Shown one piece after another: positions 57,555 to 64,000 of a DNA stretch of 64,000 nt. The stretch is from the human T2T-CHM13v2.0 reference genome, Homo sapiens, in assembly GCF_009914755.1 (NCBI RefSeq), contig NC_060930.1; one strand, given 5' to 3'. The notes below the pieces were generated by a model that ran no database searches, was not told the DNA's origin, and saw only the letters and a list, made by a program, of their open reading frames with translations. The position numbers and the translations under genes were made by a program. Position 1 is the stretch's first letter, and each line of letters opens with the position of its first letter.

Positions 57555-58563
57555 CAGATCAAAGTAGAGTCATAGATTTTATTTAATTAAAATAGATTAA
57601 AAACAGACTGTGTAAAAGAATTAGAATTCTCAATAATTTACTATTATTTACATTAGCAAATGTCGGTCGTTAGTAGACACTGAGCAGAGAAGCTTGAAGA
57701 ACGGGGATCCTCTCCTGTGGGCAGGGGAGCCCCAGCTTCCCTCGTGATTCCCGTCCTTTCAAGTTCATTATGGCAGCTCTGTCAATGAGCACCCCAGGGT
57801 GGTGTGGCCGCAGCACCAGGACCCGCGCTGAAGGCCCAGAGACCTGGCAGGCCGGGAGAAATTCCTTTCCTTTGGGAAGAACCACCAACGCTCAGTCCAA
57901 GCTCACACGGTTATCTAGTCGGCAATGCCTTCCCTGCCCTGCAGCCAATACCCCCCACTGTGCTGGGCCTTCTGCAAATACTCCTGGGGTTGACCCAAAC
58001 CCAGTTTCCAGATAAAAGATAAAAAGAAAAAAAAAAAGGCCACATATCCCAGTTCTCAGAGAAATCCTGGATTACTAAACATCCCCTGCCTGTGGCACCT
58101 GGAATGGGTGACTTGTCAAAATCTCCCTCAAGACGTTTTGTGCGTTTGCCGTGGGAGGGAATGGTGGGGAGTCAGGGTGGCTGGGGGGCACTAGGCCACT
58201 TCACCAAGAGGGATGCACCTCCCAGGAAGCAGTAGCAGTGAGAGCGAGCCCCACAGGAACTGTCCCTGCCCTGGCAGTGCGCAGCCCTGTGGGCACCAAG
58301 CAGGGAGTGAAGACCCTCAGAACACAGGCCCTGTGGCCTCCGGCTGTGACCTCAGCTTGCTGGAGACTCTGCGGTCAGCCTGGCCCACTAGGAGCCCCTG
58401 CTGCTCCACTTGCAGGACACCCAGGCCTCCTGGCGTCAGTGGGGCCTGGGACGTCTGGGAGTTCCAGAGCTGGGTCAGCAGCTGTGACCATGGGGGCCAG
58501 CACAGTGGACAGCATCAGAGCTGGCAGTGAACAGCTGAGGCGGGGGAGGCCTGATAGAGAGGT
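57555..58563 (-). other. PXDC1: PXDC1 3' UTR (~1 kb; 3' end approximate)
   Basis: Repeat-free stretch from the stop codon to an AU-rich terminal segment with a poly(A) signal. Confidence 0.85.
57578..57583 (-). terminator. PXDC1 polyadenylation signal AATAAA
   Basis: tttatt on + with an overlapping ATTAAA (57582-57587). A GT-rich downstream element (gatgtttgtgtat on -) lies at ~57537-57549. Confidence 0.85.
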
Positions 58564-58681
58564 TCAGTCCCAAATGTCTGTCTCGAAGGGGACCAGGTGG
58601 TAATATGACAGGTTGGTGACGTAGGCTGCTGGGTCGTCCCCGTCCTCCAGCTCTGAGGGAAACTCACTGCCATTCTCAAAT
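58564..58681 (-). CDS. PXDC1: PXDC1 last exon, coding part
   Basis: Acceptor ctctaatttcag at 58682-58684, then A TTT GAG AAT...GAC TGA, giving (L)[38 protein letters not shown]. In frame with the upstream exon (TT|A = Leu). Stop at 58564-58566. Confidence 0.95.
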
Positions 58682-61600
58682 CTGAAATTAGAGAAACCAG
58701 AGGTGAGGGGTGGCTCATTGTTGGGATCAACACCAAACACCCGCCGGGACCATGAGCATGACTTTCAATGCCCGCTAGTAAGTGTGCAAAAAAACCACGG
58801 CTACAAATGAACTGGTGAGCTGGCTCCTGCTCTGAGACTGCCAGAGCTTCTGGTTTCCACTGCCTTGGAGACTGCTGTCTGCATTTGCTTAGACAACCCT
58901 TAGCGAGGCCTTCATCCATTCCTTCATTCATGGAGTGCTGATTTTCACCTCTTGTTCTGTGCCCAGCACCGCGTCAGGCTGTGGGATCAGCAGTGAACAA
59001 GGCAGGCAGGGTCTGTCCTCAGGGAAGAGGTGCCTGCCTCGTGCTGGGCCCTGGGGACAGCTGAGAGAGGAGTGGTCACGAGCTCACAGCCTGACCGCAG
59101 CAGAGATGACACACGGACGCACAGGAGGCTGCGAGGGAACAGGAGGCTGGAGAAGAGCCGGCGAGGCCCGTGGAGGTCACGGGGGGAGACACCTTCTAGC
59201 GGGGAAGCCTGCATGTGGGTACGTGTTTCATTCGCGCTCTGGCAGATGAGAAGCATCCGAACATGGGGGACTTACATGGGGTGTGGAGAACTAGGGAAGA
59301 ATACAAACCCCAAACATAAGGGGACGTAAAAGCCCGCGATACTGACTCCCCACACACTGGAACTGTTTCTACTCCCTCTGCAGCCCAGGCAGACTTCCTA
59401 CGTTAAGAAAAGAGACTCCAGGTCTTTAAAAATGCGTAACAGAGAAAAGCACAAGAAGGACATTCTCCCCAGGAAGGGGGACAGAGCTGTATGGCTCGTG
59501 GGATTTTCCTCCACCTATGAATCAGCCCAAACCCAGCAGGCCGCGTGGGAGTGTGGACAGAGGCAAGCAGCTGCCCCGCCCTCCTGGGAGCCACCTCGGG
59601 GCTGCCTCCTGTGCCGCCCCCAGTGACTGAAGGTGGCCCTGGCCCGTGGACAACTGTGGGAACTCAGCCATCTCTGGAAAGCTTTGCCATGACCAAGATG
59701 ACTGCACAGTCCAGGCCCCTGGCCGGACACACAACAAGGCAGGGCGAGCATATGTCCCCCACAAACCTAGTACATCGTGCGAATCCCGCTGACCTCAAGG
59801 GACAGGGCTGTGAAGACAGCTTTAAGGCATTTGGATAAGAAAGGCTGAGGCTGCAGAGGAAGGCCTCCCCTCTGACTCCATGGCCAGGCCTGGAGTGTGG
59901 TGTCAGCCCCCGCCTCGGCTTCCCTATGCTCACGGTCCTGGCAACACGAGGCTGGGACAGAGGCCGCGGCACAAAGAGCCCTAGCTGTGGGTGGGAAAGC
60001 TATGGGGGGCTCACGGAGACAGAGCAGCTCTCCAACTTCATCCAGGGAATGAAATCTCTTCCCCAGACCAGGGCTGGATGGAAACCCAAGGGGGAACCTT
60101 GGGCGTGCCGAAAGGTTCAAGCCAGTCGAGGGACAGAGCCACAGCGCCACCTCAAACAGTGTCCCACCACCTGCCCGTCCTCCCTGCCCAGATCACAGGA
60201 TGACCCTGAGGACATGAGGAGGGAGGGGGACCGGGATGCTCAGGGAAAATGAGTCATGGGGCTAAGGCTCCCTGAGGTCCCCACAGAACCGCCCAGTGCC
60301 TCGGCCCTGGATGACCTCCCAGAAGCCAGGCAATCCCTTCGCCAGCTGAGACTGTCACCTGCAGAGCCCCAGAAGTCCCCACTGGCCCCATCTCTATCAG
60401 ATACATCCATTCCCTGAGTGCAGGTGGGTCTCTGGGCCCTGGCACTGGTGCCCACTTGCCCCTGGGGCCAGACTCGGGGCAGCCTGCTGAGACTCTGCTG
60501 TGGGGGCCCTGCTGTGGGCCCGGCGGCACTGGGCTCACAGGCTCGGGCCAGACAATCAGCCTCGGGTGCCAGGGAGGACAGCCACGCAGGGAGGTGAAGC
60601 CTCCAGTTCCACAAAGGGTGTCTGTGCTCTTGGTCGCTGTCAATCCCCCACCCGACAGCCGGTGCCGTGTAGAAACAGATCGTCCCTGTGAGACACTGGA
60701 GCTGGACCATCGACTCCACTGCACTGCCCGAGATTGAGGAGCCAGAGAGAGGCCCGGCAAGCCCAAGTCGGAACTCCCTCCAGATGCTCCCGAGCCCCAT
60801 GGCGGCAGGCGTTTCTTTGTTAGGCTTTTCTGGGGTCATGGAGATTTTCTCGGCCCTCTCTGTGAGCCAGGCATCCCGGAGCAGGTGGCCGCCTATTCAA
60901 GACCTGTCACTCCTGTGCACATGCAGTCCCGGGCAGCTGCAAGAGCCACACCTCTGGCCCGGCTTTCTTCCCTCCGTGTGTTTCTCCTCAGCTCCAGCCT
61001 GCTCACAGTTGAACCTGCCTCCTAAATCTGGCCTCATTCCAGGGTGCCAAGGGCCTCTTGGATATAGAAAGGGGTCCCCTTGCAAACACTGCAGACTCAG
61101 AGCCTGCACAACTGGTGATGAGGAAGGGTCTCCATCTGTCTTCTCCCCAAGACAGTGCCTGGCCAGTAACTACCCCTGCCAAGCTAAAGGGCCTCTTTCT
61201 TTCATCCATGACTACACTCCAGCCTTGTACCTCCACGGTGCCAGCCTGTTGGCATGGGGGACCCATAGGTAATGAGTGAATGAGCTATGTACAGTGGGGT
61301 CAGGGCAAGGGACACAAAAGGGCAAGGCAGGTCAGGAAAGCTGCGGCCTTGGCCCCACCGGCACAGCCTCTGCCACCAGCAGCTCATGACCCCTCTACTG
61401 GGAAGGATTCTCGCACCATCTACCCGGGAGACACACTGGTAAAGACGGGGTCTGTTAGCAGGAGCCAGTCCCACAAGCCTGACAGGGACCCCCCCATGCT
61501 CAGTCATGGAGCAGGGATTCAGCAGAGGAGGCCCAGGCCGCCGGCTGGGGCCCAGGTTCACGCTGGGGTCACAGCCCTGCCGCCCACAGGCCCGGATGTG

Positions 61601-62491
61601 GGCCTCGGCACATGTGGCCGGCTCTAGTTTCAATCTGCTGCTATGGAGGGCTAGCAAATGCGTGGGGCAAGACCCGGGCCATCCCCAGGCTATGTCATTC
61701 CTGGGCCCACAGGGAGACTCTGCATCCAGAGCTGCCTCTGTGGGACTCTCAAGCGGGATGTTTTACACTCACCATCTGTGGTCTTCAACACAACCCGTGG
61801 TGGGACAGCAGAATGGTCCCGTGAAGGTAAGAGAAGTCAGGAAAGGTTAAATAACTTTCTGAGCTCATACAGCCAAGGAGCAGTCTGGATTTGGCTGTGT
61901 CAGGAAACAGAGGCCAAGCTGTCTGGGGACCCTGGTGCCCCCAGAATTCACCAAGAAGATGCCTGGAGGAGAGCCAAGGCTGAAGATGCTGCCGACCCCA
62001 GTGCCGGGCTCTCTAGAGCATGTGTTACAGTCAAATCAGAGACAGAAAGAGCGGAGAAGACAGTGGTGGCTTTGGCTGTCCAGCCTCAGTAATCAGATAC
62101 ATCCTACACCTTCAGCACAGGGCCAGGCAGCCTTGAGGCAAACATGTCCCCATCTCAGGGAATCAGGACCATTGAGTGTGAGGCATGTGGCCCTCCTGGC
62201 CCTGGAGACAGCATCACACCCCTCAGGGCCCCACACGAACCAGGCCCCTAGCCCTGCAACGTCTCCTAAATGCCCCTCAGAGCCAGCAACTCCATCTTCC
62301 ACAGATTCACTCATCAAGATCTCACCAGACTCTAGGAAAGGCAAACTTCTAAAATCAGTGTCCAAATGCAGGTAGGAACTGCTGGGTGGCTCTGGGCACC
62401 CACTTCCTTCCATAAGAACAGTGAGCCCCCATCCCACAAGGCAAATGGCTCAGGACAGTCTATGAAACGATATTCAAATCAGCATACTTAC

Positions 62492-62603
62492 AAATGCTCT
62501 GTTGGGTCCACGCCCAGGTGCTGGTCTCTTCCATTTGGTATACTGTGGTCAATAACTATTGTTTCGGTATTTGCTAAACAAAATCCATTGGACCTCATGA
62601 TTT
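62492..62603 (-). CDS. PXDC1: PXDC1 penultimate coding exon (112 bp)
   Basis: Minus strand reads ttttcag|AA ATC ATG AGG...GAG CAT TT|gtaagt, giving (E)[36 protein letters not shown](L). This matches my recollection of PX domain-containing protein 1. Canonical AG/GT sites; phase joins the next exon. Confidence 0.95.
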
Positions 62604-63084
62604 CTGAAAACCAAAGCAACAAGGTGAGTCCTCAGGAGGGGTCGGAGCTTGAGGTTTTGGAGTTTGGAACTTACTCCCATCTCCCTGCTTTCTCCTCCAC
62701 CTGTTGCCCGTGCCTCTCTTCCACACCGTAAGAGAATGCCGTGCACCCGAGACCCATTCAGAGCTCTGCCGCACAAAGTCAGGGAAGAGGTCAATCCCCG
62801 CAGGAGCCAGGCCTGCTGTGTGTCTCTCCCAAGACAAAGATGCTCTGCTGCCTGAGTACGCTCTCCATATGCCCTTCGCTGTGGGCTTCAAGCTGGAGTA
62901 CAAAGAAGGAGTACTGGGCTCAAATCTGTGAGTCTGCGTGTGAGAGCAGAGCTATGGCACAGTGACATGTGGCTCTGCCCAGGGTACCTCTCCTTGCTGA
63001 GCTCTCACTGTGGCTGAGACATGAGTAACAATATTGACTGCCCTGGGTTGTTGTTCTGACTGAATGAAATCAGTGTGCATTTTA

Positions 63085-63336
63085 TTCTTATTTCAATAGT
63101 TTTGGGGTTACAGGTGGGTCTTGGTTACACGGATAAGTTCTTTAGCGGTGATTTCTGAGATTTTGGTGGATCCATCACCCAAGCAGGGTACACTATACCC
63201 AGTAAGTAGTCTTTTATCCCTCACCCCACGAACCCAAAGTCCATGATATCATTCTTATGCCTTCGCATCCTCATAGCTTAGCTCCCACTTCTAAGTGAGA
63301 ATATACAATATTGGTTGCCCATTCCTGAGTTACTTC
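63085..63336 (-). mobile_element. L1PB1 3'-end insertion in a PXDC1 intron (same strand as the gene)
   Basis: ggataagttctttagcggtgatttctgagattttgg; gcatcctcatagcttagctcccactt. Perfect 15-bp TSD TCAGTGTGCATTTTA at 63070-63084 and 63337-63351. Confidence 0.9.
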
Positions 63337-64000
63337 TCAGTGTGCATTTTAAACCAAAGGGTGACTTTCACTGTTTCGCTTTATGTAATTCTGTATGTAA
63401 ATGATTTTTTTCCCAAATAAGCACAGATTCGGGTAATTTAGAAAAGCCAGCAAAGAAAAACGACTTCCTACGTCCATACTGGCTGCATGGCATGAGCTAG
63501 AGGGTGGAAGTCTGCGCTCGTCCTTGGCTGGAGGGGCTGGAATGGAGGATGAGGAGCCAGGACAACGAGCTCCATGGCCTTGGGACTCAGTTTCCTCCAA
63601 TGAAAAATTTCAAAGTTGTATTAATCTCTGAGGATCCTTCTCACTCTGAAATCCCATGAACTCCTGGATCGCATCATGCCATCTGGTCCATCTAGGTATA
63701 AAAAGCTGCAGCGTTCGTTTGTATTTTCTGAGGGACCGCGTTTCCGTCCCCTCGCTCGGCAGATGAGATCTGGTAGCCATGGCCAGTTCTTGGAGCTAAA
63801 GTCCTCCAGCTGCCCGTGAGCCTGCTCATCTCCTAACCACAGCTCTAAGACCAGGACCACCTTCATCTGTTCTTTCGACTCAGAACCTCTATGCACCCCA
63901 TCATAAAAGTCATGCCTAAAATATACTCCAAATTCCTGGTGCCTTCTCAAATCCAAGGGATTATCTTCTTCCCATTCAGGACACAGCTCCTAACAGCCCT

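Noticed and set aside
60240-61272. 199-, 170- and 194-aa ORFs in the last PXDC1 intron
   Set aside because: GC-rich DNA open in several frames on both strands; no good acceptor or recognisable protein.
63621-63956. 111-aa ORF on the PXDC1 strand
   Set aside because: Does not match the PXDC1 sequence expected upstream of the 62492-62603 exon and lacks convincing splice sites; the preceding exon appears to lie outside the window.

Overview
Primate, very probably human, genomic DNA. The right end carries the last two coding exons and the 3' UTR of PXDC1 on the minus strand (exons 62492-62603 and 58564-58681, AATAAA at 57578-57583). From memory this places the window at human 6p25.2. The remaining ~57 kb is repeat-rich intergenic DNA. 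It holds a full-length, ORF-disrupted L1PA6 with TSDs and an open antisense ORF0, old L1M/L2/MIR fragments, Alus and DNA transposons, and solo LTRs (LTR19, MER21, MER50, MSTB, LTR12F, LTR12C). The most notable structure is too short for the supplied ORF track. It is a processed TOMM5 retrocopy (27791-29084, minus strand) whose 51-codon ORF is still open, inserted in an L1MC4-type element. That retrocopy itself carries an AluSc and a second, unidentified TSD-flanked mRNA 3'-end retrocopy. Two LTR12 promoters point towards it on the same strand. Smaller oddities are a fold-back templated insertion in L1 ORF2, an Alu whose poly(A) tail appears micro-inverted, a twin-primed L1MA nest, a trimeric Alu and a perfect RFX X-box inside a candidate mini-exon. 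I cannot show a new functional system from sequence alone. Repeat subfamily names and the protein identifications come from recalled consensus sequences, not database searches, and boundaries of old repeats are approximate.
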